Of a stretch of DNA of 64,000 bases, positions 1 to 10,652 are shown piece after piece. The DNA is taken from positions 160,001 through 224,000 of the forward strand of contig JAVHQC010000036.1 in assembly GCA_036170915.1 (NCBI GenBank), written 5' to 3'. The notes beneath the pieces were generated by a model, which saw nothing but the letters and a program-made list of their open reading frames with translations, was not told the origin of the DNA and made no database searches. The number at the start of each line of letters is the position of its first letter. The first letter of the stretch is position 1. This DNA comes from Cyanobacteria bacterium auto_48_18. GTDB lineage: Bacteria; Cyanobacteriota; Vampirovibrionia; Obscuribacterales; Obscuribacteraceae. The position numbers and the translations under genes were made by a program.

Positions 1-1
1 G

Positions 2-1876
2 GTGCAATTACAGTTGCTCGAAGATTATGCTCAGCGCTTAGAAAAAGCCCACGAGCAACTATCGCAAGATAGGCAATCGCAATTGCAGCGCAACACTTTG
101 CTTGAGCAGCTGCGGCGAGAATCTGACATTCTGCGCAATCAAGAATCGCTTCTGCACCGCATCAGCAACACCATCAGGCGTTCATTTACCATCAAAGAAA
201 ATCTGGGTGAAATGCTTGAAGAGCTTTCGGGCTATTTCGGCTTAGATTGTTGTTTTATTGTTTTGCCATCAGAAGAAGAACCTGAAGATTCACTTCGGGT
301 TGAATATGTTACTGATGATATTTACCGAGTGTTGGAATATGGACGTGATCTCAAAACCCTTGATTTATACAGCCAACTGTTTCAATCAGACCAGGCCATT
401 ATCGCCAATGATGTAGCCAACGACCGCAGGCTCGACCCTTTCCGCGAAGAGGTCTTGTCCGGATACAACATCTTGTCGCTGTTCTATATTCCCATTCACT
501 ACAGCGAAAAACTTCTGGGTCTCTTGGTCGGTTATAAAGGCGAAATTCCAGCTAACTGGAATCGCGTCAACGAAGCCTTTATGAAATCGGTGGCAGACCA
601 GGTGGCATCAGGCGTAACCAACGCTCGCCTCTACGCTCGGGTACAGAGGCAAGCCACCACAGATGGTTTGACTACTTTATACAATCACCGCACAGGCCAG
701 GAAAAACTAACAGAGCAAATGCGTATGGCAGAGCGCTATCAACGCCATTTGGCAGTGCTTATGGTCGACGTGGACCACTTCAAGTCAATCAACGACAATT
801 ATGGTCACCCTGTTGGCGACACAGTTTTAAAGGCCGTGGCCCGACTGATCAAAAATAATTGCCGCGACGTTGATATTCCCATTCGTTATGGTGGGGAAGA
901 ATTTATGATTGTCTTGCCTGAGGTCAATCAAGAAGGGGCACATGTGGTGGCTGAACGTATTCGGCGCTCGCTGGCTTCAGAAGTAATTTTGCACGAAGGC
1001 ATTAACCTTTCGGTTACCGCCAGTCTTGGTATCGCTACATTTCCTGAAGACGCTTCTGATCAACATCACTTGTTAGAGCTGGCAGATAAAGCGCTCTACT
1101 TGTCTAAACGACTGGGTCGCAACCAGGTGCATACCGCAGCTGACTTGATGTTTGAGACGCCGCGCGAAACCAAAGAGGCAGCTGAGCCCACCGAGGGCGC
1201 CATGGCGCAAATAACAATAGATACAAGCAATAAACTGGCTCTCGAAGATTTTGTCGCCCCCACAGTTTCACTGGAGGCACAAAATAAAGAAGAGCTGGTG
1301 CCTGAAGTGGTTGAGATGGTTAAAGCTCTGGCGCAAAATCTCTATGCGCGCTCTGACTACAACAAAACGCATCACTTAGAAGTAGCTCGAATGTCTGAAA
1401 TGCTCGGTAAAGTAATGGGCCTATCAGCCACTCAAATTGAGCAGATCAGAGTGGCCGGGCTGTTGCACGATGTAGGCACACTCAAACTTCCTTCTGATTT
1501 ACTGACTAAGGGTGGTGTGCTCAGTGATGCCGAACGTGAAATGGTTAATCAGCATCCGGTTTTGGGTGCACAGTTGCTGAGGCCCATCAGAGCCTTGAAA
1601 GACATCTGCGAAATTCTTGAAAATCACCATGAGCGCTGGGACGGCACCGGGTTTCCTCGAGGGCTCAAAGGTGAGGATATTCCTCTGCCCGCGCGCATCG
1701 TCGCCATCGTAGACAGTTTCCACGCTATGATTTCCGATCGTCCGTATCGCCCGGCCATGGGTCAAGAGCAAGCTATTCTGGCCCTGAGACAGGGCGCAGG
1801 CACGCAGTTTGATCCCTTCCTGGTGGATATCTTTATAGCCGTACTTTCCAACTTAAAGCAGCAACCTCATGCCTAA
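2..1876 (+). CDS. GAF-GGDEF-HD-GYP c-di-GMP signalling protein (5' end outside window)
   Basis: GAF-like region, TDGLTTLYN, DVDHFKSINDNYGH, RxxD I-site (RDVD) followed by GGEEF, then LLHDVG and HHERWDGTGFPRGLKGEDIP. Confidence 0.92.
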   Translation: MQLQLLEDYAQRLEKAHEQLSQDRQSQLQRNTLLEQLRRESDILRNQESLLHRISNTIRRSFTIKENLGEMLEELSGYFGLDCCFIVLPSEEEPEDSLRVEYVTDDIYRVLEYGRDLKTLDLYSQLFQSDQAIIANDVANDRRLDPFREEVLSGYNILSLFYIPIHYSEKLLGLLVGYKGEIPANWNRVNEAFMKSVADQVASGVTNARLYARVQRQATTDGLTTLYNHRTGQEKLTEQMRMAERYQRHLAVLMVDVDHFKSINDNYGHPVGDTVLKAVARLIKNNCRDVDIPIRYGGEEFMIVLPEVNQEGAHVVAERIRRSLASEVILHEGINLSVTASLGIATFPEDASDQHHLLELADKALYLSKRLGRNQVHTAADLMFETPRETKEAAEPTEGAMAQITIDTSNKLALEDFVAPTVSLEAQNKEELVPEVVEMVKALAQNLYARSDYNKTHHLEVARMSEMLGKVMGLSATQIEQIRVAGLLHDVGTLKLPSDLLTKGGVLSDAEREMVNQHPVLGAQLLRPIRALKDICEILENHHERWDGTGFPRGLKGEDIPLPARIVAIVDSFHAMISDRPYRPAMGQEQAILALRQGAGTQFDPFLVDIFIAVLSNLKQQPHA

Positions 1877-2750
1877 GCTTTATCTTTTTCTAGCTACTAT
1901 TGTGGTTCTTGCCCTGATTGCATATGTGGTCATGGCACCACGTTTTCATCCCGAATTTGTCAACCAAGTGGCTTTCTACCCTGGTCCTGAAGAAGAAGGC
2001 TCTGAAAAATATCTCAAAATCGGCGATATAGTTGGCGAGCGGGTGATGATTCCGGTCAATACCAGATATGGTGACAGACAGATTTCGGCTATCTTTTTTG
2101 CCAAGCCTGGGTCGAATTTAGTCACTTTGTATTCTCACGGCAATGCCGGCTCGATGATCGGCCGCTGGCCGAAAGTAAAGTGTCTGCTTGATGCCAATTC
2201 TTCAGTACTGATGTACGACTATGCCGGTTATGGCAGAAGTCCTGGACATCCTTCCATGGAAGCAGTGGCCGCCGACGGCATAGCAGCTTACGATTATTTG
2301 GATAAAGTAAAACACTATAAGAGCGATCAGATCGTTCTCTATGGCGAATCAATTGGTGGCGGCGTCAGTTCAGAAATTGCCAGAGCGCGCAAAACTTGTG
2401 GGCTTATATTAGATTGTACATTTTTGTCACCTGCAGCCTGGGCAAAAAAACGTATTGGTTTTCTCAATATTTATCCTGACGCGCTGCTCATGAACCCATC
2501 ATTAGACGTAGAGTCGCTTTTTCCTGACTATAGAGGAAGTGTTCTAGTGATTAAACCTGGCCACGATGATGTTATTCCTACCAGTCACTCAGATAGATTA
2601 TTTGCCATTGCTACCGGTTATAAACAAATGCTTCTTTTACCGAACAGCCCCCACGGCTGGGTAGAGGCGGCTGATATGCCCGCGTATGCTGCAGGTGTGA
2701 AAGAGTTTTATCAATTTATAACCGCACTGCCTGCGGTGCAGCAACGTTGA
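1869..2750 (+). CDS. Alpha/beta hydrolase with N-terminal membrane anchor
   Basis: HGNAG, DYAGYGRS, nucleophile motif GESIGG, later D and H; hydrophobic N-terminus. Confidence 0.85.
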   Translation: MPKLYLFLATIVVLALIAYVVMAPRFHPEFVNQVAFYPGPEEEGSEKYLKIGDIVGERVMIPVNTRYGDRQISAIFFAKPGSNLVTLYSHGNAGSMIGRWPKVKCLLDANSSVLMYDYAGYGRSPGHPSMEAVAADGIAAYDYLDKVKHYKSDQIVLYGESIGGGVSSEIARARKTCGLILDCTFLSPAAWAKKRIGFLNIYPDALLMNPSLDVESLFPDYRGSVLVIKPGHDDVIPTSHSDRLFAIATGYKQMLLLPNSPHGWVEAADMPAYAAGVKEFYQFITALPAVQQR

Positions 2751-2767
2751 ATTAGCAGTAATACTCA

Positions 2768-3559
2768 TTATTTAAGCATCATCAAATCTATGGCTTCAGG
2801 TGAACTTTTGGTCTCTAGAGTCTCTGACAGGTCTCTAGCAGCTTTTAACCCGGTAGGAATCTGCATAGTTTTAGCATCGATTTTGCAGGGCCGACAGACA
2901 CCAGTAGTAAGGTAGGCAGTGTCTTCACCGCCCACACTTCGGTAACGAACAGAAATTGGTATCAAACCGGTTTTTGGCAAACCATAAATGCGTTCGAGCA
3001 AAACAGATATACGTTTATCATAAGGTAATTTGTCTGCCGCCAGAAGCACTAAATGATGAGGTGAAAGGCTTCCTAACTCACGATTTTTCAGACGCATCAG
3101 TTGCATGGCTTCGAACTCGCTGGTGGTCTCAAATTTGACCAGATCAAGCGCGCCCTGTTTGACCCGCCCTGCCGCTTTCAGCCTGGCATCTTCCAGAGTA
3201 AAAGCAGCAAGGAGGGTCATAGATGTACTGAACGTATTTCGAAATGATTTAATCGGGCAGCGAAATATTTTGCCTGAATCGCGAGCGAAACAAATGGCTT
3301 CATTGTATGGCGGTAGAAAGAGAAATGTTAAATTGGTTTTTTTTGTAGTGAGGCGCAGTCCAAGGTTGCTTATGAGCACATCGCAATCGCCGGCCATCTT
3401 ATTTGTCTGCCGCAGGTTTAGCGCGGAAATGCCCGTTTGCGTTTTTGGAGCGGCCGTAGCCGCAAGCGGGCACACGTACGCGATAAGCAAAGACAAAAAA
3501 GCGATTGGGACAGCTCCCGGGCATGATTGGCGTTCGCCACGTAAAATCGGAATATACAT
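2768..3559 (-). CDS. Hypothetical exported protein (start uncertain)
   Basis: Long ORF with hydrophobic signal-like segment; the longer start at 3607 overlaps the divergent promoter. Confidence 0.6.
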   Translation of the reverse strand: MYIPILRGERQSCPGAVPIAFLSLLIAYVCPLAATAAPKTQTGISALNLRQTNKMAGDCDVLISNLGLRLTTKKTNLTFLFLPPYNEAICFARDSGKIFRCPIKSFRNTFSTSMTLLAAFTLEDARLKAAGRVKQGALDLVKFETTSEFEAMQLMRLKNRELGSLSPHHLVLLAADKLPYDKRISVLLERIYGLPKTGLIPISVRYRSVGGEDTAYLTTGVCRPCKIDAKTMQIPTGLKAARDLSETLETKSSPEAIDLMMLK

Positions 3560-3600
3560 GAAATAAGTTCGTTGCACGTCAAGGCCTACATTAAGATCTA

Positions 3601-3629
3601 TTGACAAGGGCCAAGAGCAGGCGTACTAT
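3601..3629 (+). promoter_or_regulatory. Sigma70-type promoter
   Basis: TTGACA-17 bp-TACTAT upstream of ORF 3709. Confidence 0.65.
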
Positions 3630-3708
3630 TGGTTCACCCAGGATAATTTTCTAATCCGGCCAGAGCCGACGGCTCTTCAGTACTCACTTACCAATGCGAG
3701 CATAGAAT

Positions 3709-4554
3709 ATGAGATTTCGCGGTGAATTTGCCCTTTTAGCTACGCTATTTATGATGGCCCCTCCGGCCATGGCGCAGAGCTTTATCGATTCTATTATTCC
3801 CGGCCAGGTAGTGTCGCAAGCTGTATATAACATGCTGCCGCCTAATATCAGGGCCATGGTTAGAGTAGCTGGCGCCGGTGGTGGCGGGAATGGCTTGAAT
3901 GCCAGGGGCTTACCACCCACAACTCTCGACAGTTTTGTGCACCAGGCCGGCAGTCGCGCTGAGGACATTTACGGTGACGAGGGCGTAAACGGCCCACCAC
4001 CAATAGATAGCTTCTTGCCCAACAACCGCATTGACTACGGTATTTTCGGCAGCAGAGACGCTGGTATAACCACAGGTCACGGAAGCCGTATGCCCGCAGC
4101 ATGGGGCGGAGACGAGTATTGCCACGGCACCGAATGGGTCAACACTGGAGCCCGAGCAGGCAATCGTGCGCCGATTTATGTGCCGCAGACAGCCCTTGAT
4201 ATCAATGGCGTACTCAATTCATCAACCACCAGTCTCGGCATTGGCTCAGAGAGGCCCAATGTCATGGCACCGGTCACTTTAGCTAACAACACGATTAATT
4301 ACGACAGAAATGCGCCAGACTTTATTCGCAATTTGGGTCAATGGGCCACAGAGGTAGTGCCTTATCCGGTCACTCCCGACATGAGGCCTGTGCAAAATTC
4401 AGAAACACGCCAATTAATGGGCTGGATGGCTCCAGGTGAAAGCGTAGCTGACTTCCTCAGCGGCAGAACCGGGCGCCTGATTCCGACACAGGCAGCAGCA
4501 GCTCAGGTGATGTTGAGTAGATTGAACCCGTCGCAAGGTACTTTCGGTTTCTAA
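3709..4554 (+). CDS. Hypothetical secreted Gly/Pro-rich protein
   Basis: Signal peptide ending AMA-Q; flanked by a promoter and a terminator. Confidence 0.7.
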   Translation: MRFRGEFALLATLFMMAPPAMAQSFIDSIIPGQVVSQAVYNMLPPNIRAMVRVAGAGGGGNGLNARGLPPTTLDSFVHQAGSRAEDIYGDEGVNGPPPIDSFLPNNRIDYGIFGSRDAGITTGHGSRMPAAWGGDEYCHGTEWVNTGARAGNRAPIYVPQTALDINGVLNSSTTSLGIGSERPNVMAPVTLANNTINYDRNAPDFIRNLGQWATEVVPYPVTPDMRPVQNSETRQLMGWMAPGESVADFLSGRTGRLIPTQAAAAQVMLSRLNPSQGTFGF

Positions 4555-4589
4555 GTTAATTTGATTCATTATTTCTTTATCTAATTTAG

Positions 4590-4622
4590 AAATGTGCCAT
4601 CACTATTGGTGGCACATTTTTT
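4590..4622 (+). terminator. Intrinsic terminator
   Basis: AAATGTGCCATCA-CTAT-TGGTGGCACATTT followed by T tract. Confidence 0.8.
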
Positions 4623-4872
4623 ATTGCTGAACAGTGTTTTTAATCGCCCTCGCTCCAACGCTCAAGCCCTGTCACGAAGTCAACAATCCACGTAAATGGC
4701 ATGTTCGAGCTATTAACAACTATGTCGATATGGTAAATATTCTGGCAATCATGCTAGCACTATGCGAAAATTACTGAACGTCTTCAATCGCACAAAAAGC
4801 GCGGCAGTAAAATGCATGCAATTTGGAGTTCTCCAGTGCGGCGGCGGGCCCTTCTCAGGATGAAGTCAATCA

Positions 4873-5826
4873 ATGCTAGTCAGTTGCTTAGTTGCGTTCT
4901 TATGTTTCTACACTGTGCATATGATAGGAATTACAGTCGGATACCATCGACTTTTGGCTCACCGCTCTTACACCTGCCCCAAGTTTGTTGAATACATCCT
5001 CGTTATGGCCGGATATCTCGGTTTTGAGAGTTCACCAATGTGGTGGGCAACACTGCACCGTGCGCATCACCGCTATACAGATACTGAGCTCGATCCACAT
5101 GCACCTAAGTACGGCATGTATGAAGCCTACATCGGTTGGTTTTTGCACAAAGAGTACGCTGACTATCTTAAGCCTGAAAAACTTTCACGCGACATGGTTA
5201 ACGATCCTCTCTACAAATTTCTCGATGCTGGCGGCGACTGGCACCGTGCTCACTTGCTCAATTCATTCATCAATTTCAGCCTGCGCGGCATCATGGCGCT
5301 GATCTGGGGCTGGGAAATAGCAGCTGCCAGCTTGGCCGCTGCACTGGTTGTGCAACAAATGCCACTGTTGTTGAATGTGGTTTGTCACATTCCTAAAGCC
5401 GGCTACAAAAATTTCAATACTGCTGACACTAGTGTCAACGTCGGTTGGGTTGCTTTCCTAACATTAGGTGAAGGCTGGCACAACAATCACCACGCATTCC
5501 CAGGTTCTGCCCGTCACGGTTTGACTGCTGCCGAAATTGACCCTTCGTGGTTGATCATCAGAGCAATGAAAGCACTTGGTCTTGTGGGCTGGATGAATGA
5601 AGTGACCATTAACACTCAGTACAAGGGCAAGCAAGACCAGGCCGTTGAAGTGAAGAAACCCGTGGAGCTAGAAATTGTTTCTGACTTGCACGCTGTTGAA
5701 ACCAAAGACGCAGTGGGAGCTGACCGGCTCAATCAGCCATTGTCGGTAACTGTACTAGCTGACCATACCAGCACGCGTACACGCGCTGAAGGTCACAGAC
5801 GAGCACGTCAAAAAGTTAAGCGCTAA
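4873..5826 (+). CDS. Delta-9 type membrane fatty acid desaturase
   Basis: Three His boxes HRLLAH, HRAHH and GEGWHNNHH. Confidence 0.92.
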   Translation: MLVSCLVAFLCFYTVHMIGITVGYHRLLAHRSYTCPKFVEYILVMAGYLGFESSPMWWATLHRAHHRYTDTELDPHAPKYGMYEAYIGWFLHKEYADYLKPEKLSRDMVNDPLYKFLDAGGDWHRAHLLNSFINFSLRGIMALIWGWEIAAASLAAALVVQQMPLLLNVVCHIPKAGYKNFNTADTSVNVGWVAFLTLGEGWHNNHHAFPGSARHGLTAAEIDPSWLIIRAMKALGLVGWMNEVTINTQYKGKQDQAVEVKKPVELEIVSDLHAVETKDAVGADRLNQPLSVTVLADHTSTRTRAEGHRRARQKVKR

Positions 5827-5845
5827 GGCTAAGCTAATTAAATCC

Positions 5846-6820
5846 CTATTCCCAGCCTTCGAAAAGCGCTGTAGATAGATAACGCTCGCCACTGCTGCAG
5901 ATTACTGTAACTATAGTCTTGCCCTTGTTTTTGGCAAGTTTAGCAAGTTCCACTGCGGCAAAAACGTTAGCACCGCTGCTGATACCACCAAGTATGCCTT
6001 CTTCGCGAGGCAAGCGGCGAGCCATACCAAATGCTTGATCATTGGTAACAAGAAACACTTCATCAATAAGTGCTAAATCAAGCACGTCTGGAATAAACCC
6101 GGCGCCGATACCCTGAATCTTGTGCGAGGCCGGTTTAAGCGGCATGCCTGCCAGCTTCTGGCTAATGACTGGGCTATCCATCGGTTCTACTGCCACCACT
6201 TCAAAATTCTTGCCTAGCTCCCGGCGTTTTTCTTTCAGCACCTCACCGACACCAGTTATGGTGCCTCCGGTGCCTACGCCGGCCACAAACATATCTATAT
6301 CTCCAGCAGTGTCGTCCCAGAGCTCCACGGCGGTGGTAAGCCTGTGCGCCTGGGCATTGGCCTGATTTGAAAATTGCTGCAACATATAGTTTTCATCTGA
6401 CTGTGCCACCAGCAGGTCGGCCTTTGCCAGAGCACCCTTCATGCCGTCGGCACCAGGTGTTAAAACCAGCTCAGCACCCAATACTTTCAGCATTCGTCTG
6501 CGTTCAAGAGACATGGTCTCTGGCATACAAAGCACAAGCTTATAGCCTCTAGCTGCTGCAACAAAAGCCAGAGCGATTCCGGTATTGCCCGAAGTCGGCT
6601 CAATCAGCGTAGTTTTTCCCGGCGTTATCAAACCTTTTGCTTCAGCATCAAGCACCATTGAAATGCCGATGCGATCTTTGACTGAGCTGAGCGGATTCAT
6701 AGACTCAACTTTGACCAGCACAGTAGCTTCGAGCCCTGCAGTGATGCGGTTTAGCCGTACAAGGGGAGTACGACCGACGGCCTCAGACAGGTTGTCGAAA
6801 ACTTGTTTTTTAACTGGCAT
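5846..6820 (-). CDS. cysK: Cysteine synthase A
   Basis: SVKDRIG PLP lysine, [24 protein letters not shown]. Confidence 0.96.
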   Translation of the reverse strand: MPVKKQVFDNLSEAVGRTPLVRLNRITAGLEATVLVKVESMNPLSSVKDRIGISMVLDAEAKGLITPGKTTLIEPTSGNTGIALAFVAAARGYKLVLCMPETMSLERRRMLKVLGAELVLTPGADGMKGALAKADLLVAQSDENYMLQQFSNQANAQAHRLTTAVELWDDTAGDIDMFVAGVGTGGTITGVGEVLKEKRRELGKNFEVVAVEPMDSPVISQKLAGMPLKPASHKIQGIGAGFIPDVLDLALIDEVFLVTNDQAFGMARRLPREEGILGGISSGANVFAAVELAKLAKNKGKTIVTVICSSGERYLSTALFEGWE

Positions 6821-6851
6821 AAATTGACTATCTATTTATTCGAACGGTACT

Positions 6852-7307
6852 TTACTCTGCAGGTTTATTATCGAGGGGTCTGTCCGGAAGTTTCTTATCT
6901 TCAGGAAGCGGACTATTGGCCTTGAATTCAGCGAACTGCCGCTCGCCGATACCCTTAAGAACTTTGCCTTTCTTGGTCATTTTTTCGTCTTTGCGAGCTT
7001 CGCCGTCTTTAATCATACGGTCGCCTTTGGCGATCAAATTTTGGCAGTGCTTGAGCATCTCGCGATATTTCTTTTGCATGCGCTTTTCGTCGCCCGAGAG
7101 GTCAGTGCCATTAGCTCCACCCATGCCAGGCGGCACCAGTTCTCCAGGTGACGCGGCGGCGGACCCCCCGGCCGGTTCACTACCACCGCTGGACGGCAAT
7201 GAATTGCCAAAAAAGTCGTTGGCTCCCGCTGCAAACACAGAAGGCATCGAAGCAAAGGTGCTGAGAGCGACAAGAGTGGTGAACAGTAGATTTTTAATAT
7301 TGCGCAC
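6852..7307 (-). CDS. Hypothetical secreted protein
   Basis: Signal peptide (VFA-A), Gly/Pro linker, basic helical C-terminus; fills the gap in a minus-strand gene run. Confidence 0.65.
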   Translation of the reverse strand: MRNIKNLLFTTLVALSTFASMPSVFAAGANDFFGNSLPSSGGSEPAGGSAAASPGELVPPGMGGANGTDLSGDEKRMQKKYREMLKHCQNLIAKGDRMIKDGEARKDEKMTKKGKVLKGIGERQFAEFKANSPLPEDKKLPDRPLDNKPAE

Positions 7308-7384
7308 TGCTTCTATTTATCCTCGCTGGTCCACTTATAGTTTATAGGCTCAACAGTAAGACTGCCGTATTTATGGTTTTGAAT

Positions 7385-8920
7385 TTACTTAAGAAAAGGC
7401 GATTGAAGCGTTAATTTTAGTGCTTGCTCGAATGCGTATGCCACTTTGATCAAGAGTGCATCTGATACCGGCGCTCCCAACAATTGCAAACCGATGGGCA
7501 TCGCTTTGGCGTTTTCGCTTGCCATGCTGGTGCCGCAAGGTAGTGAAATTCCAGGCAACCCGGCCAGGTTGGCGGGAATAGTAGCAATGTCGGAGAGATA
7601 CATTTGTAGGGGATCCCCGGTTTTTTCACCGGTTTTGAAAGCGGTGGAAGGCGCTGTGGGAGAAAGCACCAGATCGAATTTTTCGAAAATTTTCTCAAAA
7701 TCAGACGTAATCAAACGCCTTACCTGCTGCGCTTTTTTGTAATAAGCGTCGTAATAGCCGCTGCTCAGTGCGTATGTACCAAGCATGATACGGCGTTTGA
7801 CCTCGGCGCCAAAACCTTGCGAGCGCGAGCTGTTGTACATAGACAAAATATCTGGAGCATCAAGGTCACGCAGACCATATCGCACACCATCAAAACGGGC
7901 CAAGTTGGCCGATGCTTCGGCTGTGGCGAGAAGGTAATAGACCGGCAGAGCATAACGCGAGTGAGGCAATGAAACTTCTTCAACAATGGCACCAAGGGTG
8001 GTGAGTAACTTTGTTGCTTCCAAAACCGAATTGCGAACATCGGCTTCAATGCCTTCACCGACTAACTCTTTAATGATACCGATTCTGGTGCCCTTGAGCA
8101 GTTCAGCCGGTGACTGTTTGCTCAAAGATTCAATCATGCTCAAAGTCAGCTCAGGGAAGCCTTTCGGATTATTATCCTGGAAAGGCGCCGCCAGAGAAGT
8201 TGAGTCTTTTTGATCGTGACCAGCGATTGCCAGCAGCGTCAACGCGGTATCTTCTACGGTGCGACCGAATGGCCCGATTTGATCGAGACTGGAGGCAAAC
8301 GCCACCAGTCCGTAGCGTGAAACCATACCGTATGTGGGTTTCATTCCTACCACACCACAAAAACTGGCCGGTTGCCTGATTGAACCGCCGGTGTCAGAAC
8401 CTAATGCGGTGACAGCGAAACCTGCTGCTACTGCCGCCGCTGAGCCGCCGGAGCTGCCTCCCGGTACACAGGCAGTATCGTGGGGGTTGTTTGTGCATTT
8501 GTAAGCGGAATTTTCAGTGGACGAGCCCATGGCGAATTCGTCGAGATTGGTTTTACCCAAAATCAACGCACCATTATTTTTTAAATTGAGAATTGCTTGA
8601 GCATCATAAGGTGCAGTGAAATTTTCTAAAATTTTGCTGCCGCAAGTGGTCACTTTGCCACTGACGCACATATTGTCTTTGACAGCCACAGGCACACCAG
8701 CCAGCACGGCACCTGCGCCGCCGAAATCACCAACTTTATCTAGAGCGCTAGCTTGCTCGCGCGCCTGATCAAATGTAAAAGACAAAAAAGCGTTGATTTC
8801 ACCTTCATGCTTTTCTATATGAGCAATGTGCGATTCAAGCACTTCCGAAGCTGAAACCGTTTTTGCCTTAAGCATTGACCGCAGTTCGGAAATACTTTTG
8901 CCAATTACTTCTGCAGACAT
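7385..8920 (-). CDS. gatA: Asp/Glu-tRNA amidotransferase subunit A
   Basis: GKTNLDEFAMGSSTENS, GGSSGGS, GSDTGGSIRQPA, EVKRRIMLGTYALSSGYYDAYY. Confidence 0.97.
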   Translation of the reverse strand: MSAEVIGKSISELRSMLKAKTVSASEVLESHIAHIEKHEGEINAFLSFTFDQAREQASALDKVGDFGGAGAVLAGVPVAVKDNMCVSGKVTTCGSKILENFTAPYDAQAILNLKNNGALILGKTNLDEFAMGSSTENSAYKCTNNPHDTACVPGGSSGGSAAAVAAGFAVTALGSDTGGSIRQPASFCGVVGMKPTYGMVSRYGLVAFASSLDQIGPFGRTVEDTALTLLAIAGHDQKDSTSLAAPFQDNNPKGFPELTLSMIESLSKQSPAELLKGTRIGIIKELVGEGIEADVRNSVLEATKLLTTLGAIVEEVSLPHSRYALPVYYLLATAEASANLARFDGVRYGLRDLDAPDILSMYNSSRSQGFGAEVKRRIMLGTYALSSGYYDAYYKKAQQVRRLITSDFEKIFEKFDLVLSPTAPSTAFKTGEKTGDPLQMYLSDIATIPANLAGLPGISLPCGTSMASENAKAMPIGLQLLGAPVSDALLIKVAYAFEQALKLTLQSPFLK

Positions 8921-8924
8921 TTAG

Positions 8925-10181
8925 TTAGCCTTTAAAGCGCTTGAACACCAGCGAACAATTGTGACCACCAAAACCAAAACTGTTTGACATGGCAATATCA
9001 ACTTTGGCATTGCGCAGAGCAACATTGGGAGTGTAATTGAGATCGCAGTCAGGATCAGGCTCATTTAAATTGATGGTGGGCGGAACAATATTGTCTTGGA
9101 TGGCCATGACGCAAACAATTGCTTCAATGGCGCCAGCAGCACCAAGTAGATGGCCCGTCATCGATTTACTCGATGAGATGTGCAATTTATGAGAAGTGGC
9201 ATGAGTGCCAAATACTGTCTTGATCGCTTTAGTTTCGGCCTTGTCACCAAGCGGAGTGGATGTGCCGTGGGCGTTTATATAATCGACTTCTTCGGCAGTG
9301 ATACCACTTTGCTTAAGCGCAATCTCCATGGCTCTGGCTGCTCCAGCTCCATCAGGCGAAGGTTGGACGATATCAAAGGCATCACCAGTGCTACCAAACC
9401 CGGTAATTTCAGCGTAAATATGAGCGCCGCGAGCTTGAGCGTGACTGAGCGATTCGAGCATCAGCACTGCTCCACCTTCACCCATGACAAAACCATCTCG
9501 AGTTTTGTCGAAAGGACGACTGGCTTTCTCCGGCTCTTCATTGCGGGTGCTCAAAGTGCGAGCAGAAGCAAATCCGGCCATGACCAGTGCAGCAATCGGA
9601 GCTTCGGAGCCGCCAGCAAACATAATATCGGCCTCGCCACGCTCGATAATGCGATAAGCATCACCGATGGAATGAGCCGATGTAGCGCAGGCGGTAACCG
9701 TGCAAGTATTAGGGCCTTTAGCGTTATGCAGCATCGATACCCAACCGGCAGTCATATTGACAATCAGCATGGGTACTGTGAATGGCGAGCAACGATCCGG
9801 CCCCTTATCCATCAATACATGGAATTGGTCCTCAATAGATTGAAAACCACCAGCGGCCGAGCCAACAGCCACGCCCACCCGCTCAGGATCTTCTTTAGTC
9901 AGATCCAATTTTGAATCTTCCACCGCCAGCTTTGAGGCGGCAATGGCAAATTGAATAAAGCGATCAGTGCGTTTGACGGCGCGGAAATCCATGTACTTTG
10001 ACGGATCAAAATCGTACATTTCGGCTGCAATTTTGCAGGAAGGTCTGAGTTTTTCAGGAATTCGCTGCACCAGCTTAACGCCGGATCTGCCATTTACAAT
10101 TCCGTCCCAGAACTGCTCCTTGCCTGTACCGACTGAGGATATAGGCCCCAGACCGGTAACAACCACACGCTCTTTTGTCAT
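8925..10181 (-). CDS. fabF: 3-oxoacyl-ACP synthase II
   Basis: TACATS active Cys, NAHGTST, GHLLGAAG, SNSFGFGGHN. Confidence 0.97.
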   Translation of the reverse strand: MTKERVVVTGLGPISSVGTGKEQFWDGIVNGRSGVKLVQRIPEKLRPSCKIAAEMYDFDPSKYMDFRAVKRTDRFIQFAIAASKLAVEDSKLDLTKEDPERVGVAVGSAAGGFQSIEDQFHVLMDKGPDRCSPFTVPMLIVNMTAGWVSMLHNAKGPNTCTVTACATSAHSIGDAYRIIERGEADIMFAGGSEAPIAALVMAGFASARTLSTRNEEPEKASRPFDKTRDGFVMGEGGAVLMLESLSHAQARGAHIYAEITGFGSTGDAFDIVQPSPDGAGAARAMEIALKQSGITAEEVDYINAHGTSTPLGDKAETKAIKTVFGTHATSHKLHISSSKSMTGHLLGAAGAIEAIVCVMAIQDNIVPPTINLNEPDPDCDLNYTPNVALRNAKVDIAMSNSFGFGGHNCSLVFKRFKG

Positions 10182-10210
10182 GACTCTACTTATCTCTAGT
10201 TAATACCACA

Positions 10211-10243
10211 CCAAAGTGGACCAGCTTACGTGGCCCACTCTGG
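10211..10243 (-). other. Intercistronic stem-loop between acpP and fabF
   Basis: CCAGAGTGGGCCA/TGGTCCACTTTGG 13-bp stem that is fully paired (with G-U) only on the minus strand. Confidence 0.6.
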
Positions 10244-10263
10244 ATACAACACCTCAGGTTTAT

Positions 10264-10503
10264 CTAAAGATGCCCTGCAATGTACTTTACGGCTTCACCA
10301 ACGGTGGTGATTTTTTCGGCGTCTTCGTCCGGAATTTCCATTCCAAACTCTTCTTCTAAAGCCATGACGAGCTCGACTGTGTCGAGTGAATCAGCGCCAA
10401 GGTCTTTAGTGAAGCTTGCTTCCATGGTTACTTCTTCAACGTTAACGTTGAGTTGGGCCACAGCCACCTTCTTTACTCTTTCGAAGGCTTCCTTCTCTTC
10501 CAT
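10264..10503 (-). CDS. acpP: Acyl carrier protein
   Basis: [20 protein letters not shown]. Confidence 0.98.
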   Translation of the reverse strand: MEEKEAFERVKKVAVAQLNVNVEEVTMEASFTKDLGADSLDTVELVMALEEEFGMEIPDEDAEKITTVGEAVKYIAGHL

Positions 10504-10652
10504 GAGTACTGTCTACCTCTTTTAAAAAACTTGAAAAACGCATGTGAAACTAAATAGGCACTGAGGAGTGCCGGTTCCAAGAAAGATTAGAATATCACGT
10601 CGCAAAAGTAGTTTCTAATTGTGTTACCGATGTAAATGAAATCACTTGCGAT

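Noticed and set aside
9180..9914. Long antisense ORFs (e.g. 9180-9914, 3105-3566, 24210-24671, 6916-7347)
   Set aside because: Shadows of better-supported genes on the opposite strand, with no recognisable motifs
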